A stretch of 42,416 nucleotides of DNA, taken from positions 1 to 42,416 of IMG/VR virus record IMGVR_UViG_3300033233_000074; one strand, 5' to 3'. This DNA is from a virus (taxonomy: Duplodnaviria > Caudoviricetes). Shown piece after piece: positions 17,548-25,947 of the stretch (its first letter is position 1; each line of letters begins with the position of its first letter). The translations under genes and the position numbers were made by a program. Under the pieces are notes generated by a model. It did no database searches and was not told the origin of the DNA. It saw only the letters and a program-made list of their open reading frames with translations.

Positions 17548-20031
17548 CTATTTGGCATTCTTCCTGGCTTCTCGCTCCCTTTCCCAGAGCTCTTGTTCCA
17601 CGGAACCGATATGAGCACCGAACCTCTGGCTACATCGCTGGATCATATAGCGTCTGTCGCTGTACGAATATCGCCCGGGTCCGCGTAATTCCGGGTTTTC
17701 ATTCCACTCAATCGGCGGCTCCGCCATCTTGGCTGCAAACACTGGCACCCGGCCACCGCTGTAGATTGACACAAGAGCGTGATGCTTCGGTAGAGCTAAG
17801 AACTCTTCGAGCCCAAACGGTGCTAGTTCCTTCTCCAGTTCCTTGAATTCGTCGCCGGCCGTACTGCTAGCATAGAGGATGATGTGCGGGCCCGCGGCCT
17901 TCATTACCCGAGCAAAATCTTTGGGCAACTGAACGAAAGAGTGGAACAGGAACACCATGCCTAATCCCCATTTCCGAGACTCCACGATCATGTCAGACCA
18001 TTCAGTAGCAGCTCCTAGATATTGATGTGGTTCGTCCATAATCACCCAGGCCGGTTTGCTCCAGTTGCCATCATAGCGGGTCAGAATCGCCAGCCACAGC
18101 TTACTTACCAGATATGTTACCAGGGCGTTTGTTGCTTCGGGCAAAAGCTTACTTTTAGGTACCCGCAGGCAAACCAGATACGGACCATCTTTGGCATCAG
18201 CAAACTTCCGAAAGTCTAGAAGAGGCTTCCCATCTTTATCGACTGCAATCTTCTGACATAGGCAGTTGGCTAAGTTCTCGTCATCGAGAAGTCGGTTTAA
18301 CCGGGACCAGACCGGGCGGGTTGCTTGCCCGCGTGCGCCTTCGCTCATTGCATGGTAATCGGCTAAGTTCTGGTGTAGCCGCGGGTTTTGAATTTTTTTG
18401 AGCAATTTTTCCCGGTATTCACTACTGGAGAGTACCATGCCCACTTCCAAGAGCGTTGCCGTCGGGTCAGTAAACGCGGCCTGTGCGGCCATCATGGTGA
18501 TGGACCGGGTTTGATCGCCGGGGTTGTCTGCAAAACGTTCCAAGAAATTCACCAGCTGCTTACCTACCATTCGCTGAGCGTGGCGGCCGCCATAAGTGGC
18601 TACCTCGTTCCATGCCAGCGCGATTGGCCAGTCGCTGTTGCCGAAGTCCAAGTCGATGATATGGTCCTCGGGAAATTCTTTGGGAAGGGAGTCTCGGGCT
18701 GCGTCGCATAGTGCTCCATTGGCGGTATCCACTAGGAACACAGTATCGCCGGCTCTGATTACATCCGCAGCGAAACCTGCACCTGCGCCCAAAGATTTTC
18801 CGGAACCCATGCCGCCGATGATCGCGAGCGGTAAACAGGCCTCGTCCCGGTTTTTCAGAGGATAATATGTTTTTACCGTTTGACCCTTGTATTTAGTGTC
18901 GCCTATTAGTATCCCGGAGGTGGTGACACTAGTTGGTAAGGCTATCTCTCTTCGGGATACTTGGCAGACCTCGGGGAATTGCTCTTGTAATGGTCCCGTG
19001 GGGAGCCGCATTAGACTTCCAACTTCGGCCGTGCTCAAGACAGTTTTTCCGAACCTAATTAGAGGCATTTGGCGGCCATTAACTTGCTTGAGGTTATGCT
19101 TTTTGAAGTGTACGGAGACAGGCTCAAGTTCGTTGTCACCAGCTAACTCTTTAAGTGAACTCGCTATGGCATGGACAGCAATCTTCCGGCGTGTTGAATC
19201 TACGCTTTCGGCGGCCACCCGGATGCTTGTGGTAAAAGCGGGGAGGATAGCTTTTTGCAGGGTGGGTGCAGATAATTCTTTCTTGCCCTTGTCGAGTGAG
19301 GCTAGTAGGCGTTTGTCTGCCTTGTTATCACTTTCCATCTCACTCCCGGGCATGTTGTCGAGCAGAGCGTCCTTCAGCTCATTGATAAGGTCTAACGCCT
19401 TTTCCAATCCGTCTGCGATAAGGGCACCGGCGCCTAGCGTCCATCTTTTAGGAATGGCACCTCTCTGCCATTTCTGAAGAGCTTCGGCCGCAGTGGCTTG
19501 CCAGGATAGACGCTCAATCGGTGTAAGGCCCAACTGGAGGATGGCTTTGTCGCCATCCACCAAGTCCTTAACCACGTTGAGTAGCGTAGGCAGCGGAGCG
19601 TTTTCCCGCCGATCGGGGTCGAGCGACAGAAAGTTGTGATGTTTTAACTGCACTTGGGTAATGTCCGTAAGGGCTAGTTCGAAGTTTGGGACGAAGCAGG
19701 TCTGCAGGGCTGTAGCCCGGGGCCAAACAGCATTTAACCGTTGGCGGATAATGCTCAGATGAGCTTTTGGGACTGTCAGATAGAATGCAACTTGGCCAGC
19801 GGTAAAATAGACCTCCCACCAGATATCCGCCTGTTTTGAATAGGTAATCTTGAACCCCTGACGAATGAAACGGGAATGCAATGGGGTAAAGACTTCCCAG
19901 AGCGACTTTGTCAGAATGTCCAACTGGTTGTTCCGTACAGTACGGTCTGGGACGATCTGGAGCGTAACTGAGTCTGGATATTTGACTTCGAAAAACTGAT
20001 GCCAGTCTAGAACCTTAACCCTTTGCAGCAC
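17548..20031 (-). CDS. FtsK/HerA-superfamily P-loop ATPase (VirD4/VirB4/TraD-like)
   Basis: 827 aa; Walker A GGMGSGKS, Walker B WVIMDEPHQ, ESRKWGL arginine-finger-like motif. Confidence 0.85.
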   Translation of the reverse strand: MLQRVKVLDWHQFFEVKYPDSVTLQIVPDRTVRNNQLDILTKSLWEVFTPLHSRFIRQGFKITYSKQADIWWEVYFTAGQVAFYLTVPKAHLSIIRQRLNAVWPRATALQTCFVPNFELALTDITQVQLKHHNFLSLDPDRRENAPLPTLLNVVKDLVDGDKAILQLGLTPIERLSWQATAAEALQKWQRGAIPKRWTLGAGALIADGLEKALDLINELKDALLDNMPGSEMESDNKADKRLLASLDKGKKELSAPTLQKAILPAFTTSIRVAAESVDSTRRKIAVHAIASSLKELAGDNELEPVSVHFKKHNLKQVNGRQMPLIRFGKTVLSTAEVGSLMRLPTGPLQEQFPEVCQVSRREIALPTSVTTSGILIGDTKYKGQTVKTYYPLKNRDEACLPLAIIGGMGSGKSLGAGAGFAADVIRAGDTVFLVDTANGALCDAARDSLPKEFPEDHIIDLDFGNSDWPIALAWNEVATYGGRHAQRMVGKQLVNFLERFADNPGDQTRSITMMAAQAAFTDPTATLLEVGMVLSSSEYREKLLKKIQNPRLHQNLADYHAMSEGARGQATRPVWSRLNRLLDDENLANCLCQKIAVDKDGKPLLDFRKFADAKDGPYLVCLRVPKSKLLPEATNALVTYLVSKLWLAILTRYDGNWSKPAWVIMDEPHQYLGAATEWSDMIVESRKWGLGMVFLFHSFVQLPKDFARVMKAAGPHIILYASSTAGDEFKELEKELAPFGLEEFLALPKHHALVSIYSGGRVPVFAAKMAEPPIEWNENPELRGPGRYSYSDRRYMIQRCSQRFGAHIGSVEQELWEREREARKNAK

Positions 20032-20218
20032 TGAGCAACACCCCCGTTACAAGGCTGATAGCTATCAGTAAGTAAACGTAGCGGAATGCCTTCCGGAAAC
20101 CGAACATGCCAATGGCTGCCAGGACCATCGATGCTAAGGCTGCCACCCTAAGCCATAGAAAGAAGAAGTCGGCTAGGGTGACGTCTTTTAATGACCACAG
20201 GAATTTGAGGAACTCCAT
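20015..20218 (-). CDS. Small two-TM membrane protein (in the position VirB3 occupies in T4SS operons)
   Basis: 67 aa, hydrophobic, GAGG RBS, overlaps the ATPase start. Confidence 0.7.
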   Translation of the reverse strand: MEFLKFLWSLKDVTLADFFFLWLRVAALASMVLAAIGMFGFRKAFRYVYLLIAISLVTGVLLSAAKG

Positions 20219-20231
20219 GTGCCAACCCTCC

Positions 20232-20552
20232 TCACAGGAGCCCGCTGAAGATACCCTCCAGCAGGGAAAAGATAAGAAATACCGCTAGGACCAAGGCGTA
20301 ACCGACAGCAGCGCTGACCATATAGAATTTGCCTTGCTGTTTGCGGCCAAGAGTATACTGGGCGGCGCCAAAAAGAAATGCGAACACGCCAACCCACTTC
20401 AAGCACTTTTGAAAAGAGAGTCCCAAGCTTTTGAGTGAGCCCTCAGCCTTACCAAACGCATCGGCGGCCATCGCAAGGTGCGGGTGGAGGGCAAGTAGAC
20501 TAACGGCCATTATAGCGATGATGAAGGTCTTTTTCACTAAACGCACCTCCAT
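20232..20552 (-). CDS. TrbC/VirB2-like pilin
   Basis: Signal peptide ending AMA-AD, then two hydrophobic helices separated by a basic loop (GRKQQGK). Start may be GTG at 20537. Confidence 0.65.
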   Translation of the reverse strand: MEVRLVKKTFIIAIMAVSLLALHPHLAMAADAFGKAEGSLKSLGLSFQKCLKWVGVFAFLFGAAQYTLGRKQQGKFYMVSAAVGYALVLAVFLIFSLLEGIFSGLL

Positions 20553-20601
20553 AAAATTAAAATACCCGGCAGCTTTGCCGGGCGTAGACTCTCCCTATGG
20601 T

Positions 20602-20650
20602 GTTGCACTGGTGACAGTGCAACTTATGCGGGAGGGTATTGGTTTTATGC
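20602..20650 (-). promoter_or_regulatory. Sporulation sigma (SigE/SigG)-like promoter with downstream palindrome
   Basis: Minus strand GCATA-17-CATAAGT; perfect palindrome GTTGCACTG-N4-CAGTGCAAC at 20602-20623. Confidence 0.5.
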
Positions 20651-20659
20651 ACGTCCGGC

Positions 20660-20688
20660 GTATTTTTTGGAGTTTTCGGGGAAATACT
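20660..20688 (+). promoter_or_regulatory. SigF/SigG-like promoter
   Basis: GTATT-15-GGAAATACT. Confidence 0.45.
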
Positions 20689-20708
20689 TTTTGTAGAGGT
20701 GATAATAC

Positions 20709-20783
20709 ATGCCAGTTGGAGTAGGATGGATGATTTTCGGCGCCATTTGCTATGTTGTTAGTCAACTGCCATTGTTCAATTAG
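20709..20783 (+). CDS. 24-aa hydrophobic peptide (MPVGVGWMIFGAICYVVSQLPLFN)
   Basis: AGAGGTGA RBS, ATG at 20709, TAG at 20781-20783; follows the SigF-like promoter. Confidence 0.5.
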   Translation: MPVGVGWMIFGAICYVVSQLPLFN

Positions 20784-21046
20784 AAGTTAAGTAGTTCGTC
20801 CACCAGGACCTCGACATCCTCCGGGATGCCGGGGTCCTTCTCTTTTAGCTCGGCGAAGATTGGGTCAAGGGCCTGGGGCTTGGGGTCCTCAGAGAAAAAG
20901 ACCTGGCGCACGCCCTCCCGGACAATGTCGGCCATTATCCCGTCACCCCAGAGCCCGGCATTGATGCGACGCTGTACCTCCTCACGGATATCCCTGTCGC
21001 GCTTGCGGATCCGGGCCTTGAGGGTTAAGCCGTCTGCTGCCGCCAC
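20780..21046 (-). CDS. ParR-like adaptor (putative RHH, 88 aa)
   Basis: AGGAGGG RBS plus GTG overlapping the parM stop; basic N-terminus, MADIVREGVR helix, acidic tail ending LLNF. Confidence 0.65.
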   Translation of the reverse strand: MAAADGLTLKARIRKRDRDIREEVQRRINAGLWGDGIMADIVREGVRQVFFSEDPKPQALDPIFAELKEKDPGIPEDVEVLVDELLNF

Positions 21047-22014
21047 GTCGTCTCCCTCCTCGCCAGCTTGAGACCGCCGCGGACGTTCGCTCCCTGAGGA
21101 TCCTGTACCGGCTTCAACTCTCCAGGCAGGATCCGTGTACCCATCCGGAGCATTCCGCCACCGGCTCCCAGGATCCGAGCGAAGGGTCGCTGCGGCCAAA
21201 TGGTTTCGATCTGGCCGTTGATTTCGGTGGCCACCGACTGGATCGCTTTGGTGACGGCTTCTGATACATCCCATTCGTGTCCTTTGGCCTGAACTACATT
21301 AGTCTTGGCGATTTCGTCAACCTCGTAAAGATTCAGCTCCACGCTTTTCTCACGGTAAATCCAGTCGGCTAGAAGTTTCCAGGCGGCGCTGATTCCTACA
21401 GGGATGCTTTTACACAGCCGGCGAATCGGTTCTAAACGGTGAACGACAATCAAGTTCGTGGTGTAGAACCCAACATCCACAACGGCCACGGTCTGCATGG
21501 CCCAGGGCGCTACGACTGCACCGTCATCGTCCAATAGCTGGTCGAATAGCGCCTCCAGCCCTTGGACAGTTGTGCGGCAGCGCTCGATGGTAAAGGACTT
21601 GTGTTGGTCGTTGACTGTGACGCTGTGGCGGCCAAGAAAGGCGCTCTCAGCTTGAGCACGCATGGAGAAGTAGTGATTGACCGGCAGGGCAGTCACCAGG
21701 CGCACCGGTGCGGGATCTGCCGGCAGCGCCATGGCCAGCGCTGTTAAGCCAACGAACTTCGTTGTCGCGTCATCGGGTTTGTTCTCGCGGAGCGAGAAAT
21801 ACCGGACCGGGCTCTGCCGGGCGGCCAGGGGGCCGACGAACAGTTCCTGGCCATCGACATTGGCAACGATGCCGCCGGTACCGGGTCCGATACCATTGTC
21901 GAGCAGCTCCACGGGCTCGCCGGCTACGCTTTGGATTGTTACATCCCGAACGAGGGAGATGGCTTTGGTATAGCCAAAACCGGGGTCGAGAGCAGCGGGG
22001 GTGTAGTCTTGCAT
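21025..22014 (-). CDS. parM: ParM/StbA-family actin-like ATPase
   Basis: ALDPGFGYTK, VVDVGFYTTN, GAGGG actin-fold motifs; AGGAGG RBS before ATG at 22014. Confidence 0.9.
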   Translation of the reverse strand: MQDYTPAALDPGFGYTKAISLVRDVTIQSVAGEPVELLDNGIGPGTGGIVANVDGQELFVGPLAARQSPVRYFSLRENKPDDATTKFVGLTALAMALPADPAPVRLVTALPVNHYFSMRAQAESAFLGRHSVTVNDQHKSFTIERCRTTVQGLEALFDQLLDDDGAVVAPWAMQTVAVVDVGFYTTNLIVVHRLEPIRRLCKSIPVGISAAWKLLADWIYREKSVELNLYEVDEIAKTNVVQAKGHEWDVSEAVTKAIQSVATEINGQIETIWPQRPFARILGAGGGMLRMGTRILPGELKPVQDPQGANVRGGLKLARRETTWRQQTA

Positions 22015-22030
22015 AGGGTTCCTCCTTTCG

Positions 22031-22093
22031 TGTGCCACGGTTGTGGCACAATTCTTGATGGTAATGAATATGGGCTTAAAGCCCTAAATATGC
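22031..22093 (-). promoter_or_regulatory. SigE/SigG-like promoter of parM with downstream palindrome
   Basis: Minus strand GCATATT-14-CATATT; perfect palindrome TGTGCCAC-N4-GTGGCACA at 22031-22050. Confidence 0.5.
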
Positions 22094-22120
22094 TCAAAAA
22101 AAATAATAAAAAAATTGGCC

Positions 22121-22330
22121 TTACTTGAATAAGCCGGGCCAAAGATATTCTATAGAATGGCCGAGTGCCATGGATATTTTGGCTGCATTTACAAGGGTTA
22201 GGCGTTCTTTTTTGCCAGCGATTATTTTGCTAATATCGCTTTGGTTAATTCCCGTTATTTCTTCGAGCTCTTCTTGGGTCATTTTCTGTTTTTTCATTAC
22301 TTGTTTTAAACGATTATCAGCTAGATTCAT
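22121..22330 (-). CDS. XRE-family HTH regulator
   Basis: MTQEELEEITGINQSDISKII...ISMALGHSIEYLW. Confidence 0.9.
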   Translation of the reverse strand: MNLADNRLKQVMKKQKMTQEELEEITGINQSDISKIIAGKKERLTLVNAAKISMALGHSIEYLWPGLFK

Positions 22331-22353
22331 CGCCTCACCCCGATAGGAAAATC

Positions 22354-22380
22354 ATTCCACGTAACCGGGAAAAATCCTCC
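22354..22380 (-). promoter_or_regulatory. SigH-like promoter
   Basis: Minus strand GGAGGATTTT...GTGGAAT, matching the AGGAWWT...GAAT consensus. Confidence 0.5.
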
Positions 22381-22553
22381 TAGTGAGCAAGCCGAAGATT
22401 AAGCGCCGAAATATGGCGTTAAATCCATAATATTGTCCAATTTATTCAAAAATCGTAGGAAAATATTCGCTTTCTAACGACAAGTATCACGAGATTTCGC
22501 CTTGTGCGCGGTGCTATTGTTTTTTCAAACGAATGCGGATGGAGGGCGAAAGC

Positions 22554-22757
22554 ATGATACCTGTTGATGTAGACATGTTGATGTTGTTAATGCTTAGTTC
22601 TTCTGAGATACTAGGTATTAAGAATAGAAACAACTTTCTTGTTCGGCAAGATCTATGCTTGGAAGATGAGAGAAAAATCTTTTCCCAATTTATGAGGGCT
22701 GAAGCAGATGGCGTTTATATGATCTTGCGGGACGGAATGTTTTACAAATTTGATTAA
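22554..22757 (+). CDS. Small hypothetical protein convergent with the integrase (possible directionality factor)
   Basis: GGAGGG RBS, 67 aa, stop codon 3 nt before attP. Confidence 0.55.
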   Translation: MIPVDVDMLMLLMLSSSEILGIKNRNNFLVRQDLCLEDERKIFSQFMRAEADGVYMILRDGMFYKFD

Positions 22758-24297
22758 GATTAAATGTTAGGGATGCCAGCAGTAACACTTCGCCTCCACC
22801 ATTGGTAACCCTAACATTTAGCTGTATATCGACGTCACCATCATTTTTGTGTAAAACATAAACCGAATCAACGTACTCTTGAATTACTTGTTTCTTTTCT
22901 TCTGGTGAAGATGAAAAGAGCGAGTGTTTTTGTTTTTCTAAAATAGCTATTATCGACGCCTCGCTTATTTCGTTAGACTGAATAATTTGGGCTTGTCTTA
23001 ATTGCGCCTCTAGAAATGCTTTCTTTTCGTTTGCTTCTTTAATTTTGCTAGCCAAAACATTTCTGTCTAAAAGGCCCTCTCCAATTGCATCAATCCAATT
23101 GCTTATCTTGCCATCTAGGACTTGAATTTCTTTCTGAAGCGGAGCTATTTCATTGTCTATGCTCTTTTTACGTTCTAGGTATAGCTCTGAAACTCTGGAG
23201 GCAATAACCCTCATGGCCTCATCAGTAAAACATATTCTCACTAACTGTTGGATGACGGTTTCTTCTAGTACCGTCTTATCGACATTTCTATTTCCGCATT
23301 TCCCGGCACACTTGTAGTAGGCGTATTGTCTCCCGCGACTTGTATAGGATTCACCGGCATAAATCTTCCCGCATTCAGGATTCCCACAAAACACTTTTCC
23401 GCTAAGAAGATATACTTGTTTTGCTTTAAGTTTAGCTTTTTCCCCGTTTCTAACTCGCTGCTTCATAATAGCGTTCACCTTTTCCCAAAGCTCTTTAGAA
23501 ACAATAGCAGGGATAGCGTTTTTAATAACACATTGTTCTGCAAGTGGCTTTTTCTTGTGGCTATTGCGCCTACCGCTTGCATCTTTTTTACTTGAAACGT
23601 CCCAAGTATAGTCTCCCTTATACTTGCGGTTGTATGCCCATGTATCAAAACTCGTTACCTTAAACTCGTCTCCAGTATAAGTTCTAAATCCAGCAGCGTT
23701 TATTCTTCTAGCTATTTCAGCGAGCGGAAGACCGGCAGCTACACCCTCAAAATACATCTGAACAGCTTTGTATCTAGTTTCATCGATTTCATACTGACGA
23801 GTTACAGGGTTTACCTTAAGGCCATAAGGGGGCCGGCCGCCATTGTGCAAAGCTTTCTCTGCATTTTCGAGAAGTCCCTTACGTACTTCTCGGGCAAGGT
23901 TTTGGCTATAATATTCAGCCATGCCTTCTAACACCGATTCCAAAATAATGGATTCCGGAGAATTATCCAATTGCTCGAGGACACTTTCAACTGCTACATT
24001 GCTTAGTCTTAACTTTCTTTTGTAAAACGCTGAATCATAACGATTGCGAGCAAATCGATCAAATTTATGCACAACAAGAACATCGAAAAAATCGAGCGTA
24101 CTTTCGAAAACCATTTTCTGAAACTCAGAACGATTGTCTGTGGTAGCGCTTTTCGCTTCATCGATGTAAATTTTAACCAGTATATAGCCTTTCTTTTTAC
24201 AATATTCTTTTATAGCTTTCAGCTGGGCAGATATTGATTCTTCACGCTGATTATCTGAACTATAGCGAGCATAGGCCGCAGCACGAATCTGTTTCAC
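22690..24297 (-). CDS. int: Large serine recombinase (phage integrase)
   Basis: YARYSS catalytic Ser, DRFARN, recombinase domain, Zn-ribbon (CGNPECG...C...C) and coiled coil. Confidence 0.96.
   Translation of the reverse strand: MKQIRAAAYARYSSDNQREESISAQLKAIKEYCKKKGYILVKIYIDEAKSATTDNRSEFQKMVFESTLDFFDVLVVHKFDRFARNRYDSAFYKRKLRLSNVAVESVLEQLDNSPESIILESVLEGMAEYYSQNLAREVRKGLLENAEKALHNGGRPPYGLKVNPVTRQYEIDETRYKAVQMYFEGVAAGLPLAEIARRINAAGFRTYTGDEFKVTSFDTWAYNRKYKGDYTWDVSSKKDASGRRNSHKKKPLAEQCVIKNAIPAIVSKELWEKVNAIMKQRVRNGEKAKLKAKQVYLLSGKVFCGNPECGKIYAGESYTSRGRQYAYYKCAGKCGNRNVDKTVLEETVIQQLVRICFTDEAMRVIASRVSELYLERKKSIDNEIAPLQKEIQVLDGKISNWIDAIGEGLLDRNVLASKIKEANEKKAFLEAQLRQAQIIQSNEISEASIIAILEKQKHSLFSSSPEEKKQVIQEYVDSVYVLHKNDGDVDIQLNVRVTNGGGEVLLLASLTFNLNQICKTFRPARSYKRHLLQPS
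22761..22820. other. attP (intact)
   Basis: 18-bp inverted arms TAAATGTTAGGGATGCCA / TGGTAACCCTAACATTTA (16/18 match), central dinucleotide TC at 22790-22791, followed by GCCTCCACCA. Confidence 0.8.
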
Positions 24298-24326
24298 CTT
24301 TATTACACCCTTTTTGACTGTGGTAT

Positions 24327-25076
24327 TTAAACATCAAATTCAACCCGTGTAACTTGGCCCTGTATCAAAATGTCCTCGACTCGAAATACTTGTGGAGGGT
24401 ATTTTTTTTGAGCGTTTTCAGACTGAAGAATAACATGAGAATTTTGATAATAGACTCGTTTAAGCGTAGCTTCTTCTCCATTAATCAGAACTACGCCAAT
24501 CTTTCCTTGCTCAACGAAATTCTGATGCCTTACAAGAACCCGACACCCTTCGCGAATTCCCGCGTCAATCATTGAGTCCCCAGTTACCTGTAAAAAGAAA
24601 TATTCTCCTTCTTTTAAACGACGATTTGAGACATACTCATATCCAATTATTTCTTGTTCGGCCACATGATTATAACCAGCCTTTATGGTTCCAAGAATCG
24701 GGACCTCAATAACTTTTTCTAGGAAGCATGGGGTTCCGATTTCTTTCTCTCGAAGGTATAAGGGTTCAACTTCTTTTAGATTAAAGGCGTTTAATCCTTC
24801 TTTAGTAAGATATAGTGGCTTATCTGATCCTCTTTCCATTCTTATCCGGTCTTCAACGTAACCAGCAGCGACCATAAGTTCAATTAAGGAAACACCAAGC
24901 ACAGGGGCCAACTTCATTATGGTCTGAGGGGTGGGTTTTGTTTCACCTCTTTCAAGCCTTGCAATAGTAGAATTATCTACTCCACAGGCTTCCGCAAACT
25001 TAGTTTGACTTTCAAACCCAGCCTTTTCTCTAAGCTCTCTCAATATTTTAGGAAAATTATTTTCCATCACTACCAC
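24327..25076 (-). CDS. cI: CI/LexA-like repressor (HTH plus S24 peptidase)
   Basis: N-terminal XRE HTH; IKAG cleavage site, GDSM and ATLKR catalytic motifs. Confidence 0.93.
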   Translation of the reverse strand: MVVMENNFPKILRELREKAGFESQTKFAEACGVDNSTIARLERGETKPTPQTIMKLAPVLGVSLIELMVAAGYVEDRIRMERGSDKPLYLTKEGLNAFNLKEVEPLYLREKEIGTPCFLEKVIEVPILGTIKAGYNHVAEQEIIGYEYVSNRRLKEGEYFFLQVTGDSMIDAGIREGCRVLVRHQNFVEQGKIGVVLINGEEATLKRVYYQNSHVILQSENAQKKYPPQVFRVEDILIQGQVTRVEFDV

Positions 25077-25103
25077 TCCTTATCAAGAAGTATTATAAAC
25101 TCA

Positions 25104-25212
25104 TTTGCAAATATTGCATATATGCAATAGGAAAATGGAAAAATATTATTCTATGCCTATTGCATGGAATCCATGCCAGTGGTATTATTATCTTGCGCGG
25201 ATTCCATGCGAC
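25104..25212. promoter_or_regulatory. Lysis/lysogeny switch: operators and rightward promoter
   Basis: Palindromes ATTGCATATATGCAAT, GCATGGAATCCATGC (25162-25176) and GCGCGGATTCCATGC (25195-25209); promoter TTGCAT-17-TATTAT. Confidence 0.75.
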
Positions 25213-25239
25213 ATATACATAAAGGAAGGGGTGAGAAGG

Positions 25240-25509
25240 ATGCCTTCAATCAAGTTGAAAAACGGGGTCCTGGAAAGGATTCAAAAAGAATATTCACTTA
25301 ATGACTCCGAACTGGCCGCAAAAATCGGAATCGACTATAGCATGCTGTGGCGAATCAAGGCGGGGAGAAACAGGCCTGGCCAACAATTCGTTGCAAGAAT
25401 GCTTAACGCCTTTCCGGAACTAACCTTTGAGGATGTATTTTTTTTAGATGTGACGTCGCATGGAAACCAAGCGACGGGGCGAGGTTTACAGAATGGGAAA
25501 AGGAATTAA
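25240..25509 (+). CDS. cro: Cro-like HTH regulator
   Basis: SELAAKIGIDYSMLWRIKAG...FEDVFF; divergent from cI. Confidence 0.85.
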   Translation: MPSIKLKNGVLERIQKEYSLNDSELAAKIGIDYSMLWRIKAGRNRPGQQFVARMLNAFPELTFEDVFFLDVTSHGNQATGRGLQNGKRN

Positions 25510-25632
25510 GGTCACTATTTCGGTATGCGCTATACCACACTCAAATCCTAAAGCTGCAATTGATTTAGTTGCAAAGATTGTGACACGGCAATTAGCTGAA
25601 CAGGAACAGGAACAAACAAAGAAGGTAAGCTA

Positions 25633-25932
25633 ATGGGTAAAAAGAAAGCACTCATTGATAAGTATTCCCGAAAGTATGGCATCCCTGAAGCGGTAGTTAA
25701 AAGTGTCGTCGAATCAGGCCTAAAAAATGGTATGAGCTTCCAACAAATTGAGCTTGGAATCCGCTTGACGTTAGGCCATGGCAAGGAGGTCTTTACTGTT
25801 CAGGACGTAGCTACGGCAACGGGAATGACATATGACGAGGCTCGGGAGTACATCGATGGTTTTTACAATGATCTTCTTAGCCAGGGGGGAACCCCAGAAG
25901 ATCATGGGGTTTTTAGGACGTATCTGAACTAG
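25633..25932 (+). CDS. Hypothetical protein, possible HTH
   Basis: 99 aa with RBS; FTVQDVATATG. Confidence 0.65.
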   Translation: MGKKKALIDKYSRKYGIPEAVVKSVVESGLKNGMSFQQIELGIRLTLGHGKEVFTVQDVATATGMTYDEAREYIDGFYNDLLSQGGTPEDHGVFRTYLN

Positions 25933-25947
25933 AAGGACGGTGATCAA

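Noticed and set aside
17548-20552. Complete conjugation system or ICE
   Set aside because: No relaxase, VirB6, VirB8 or transfer hydrolase is recognisable, and the context is phage.
22787-22801. tRNA or tmRNA gene
   Set aside because: Only the 12-nt 3' end is present, with no T-arm; it is part of attP.
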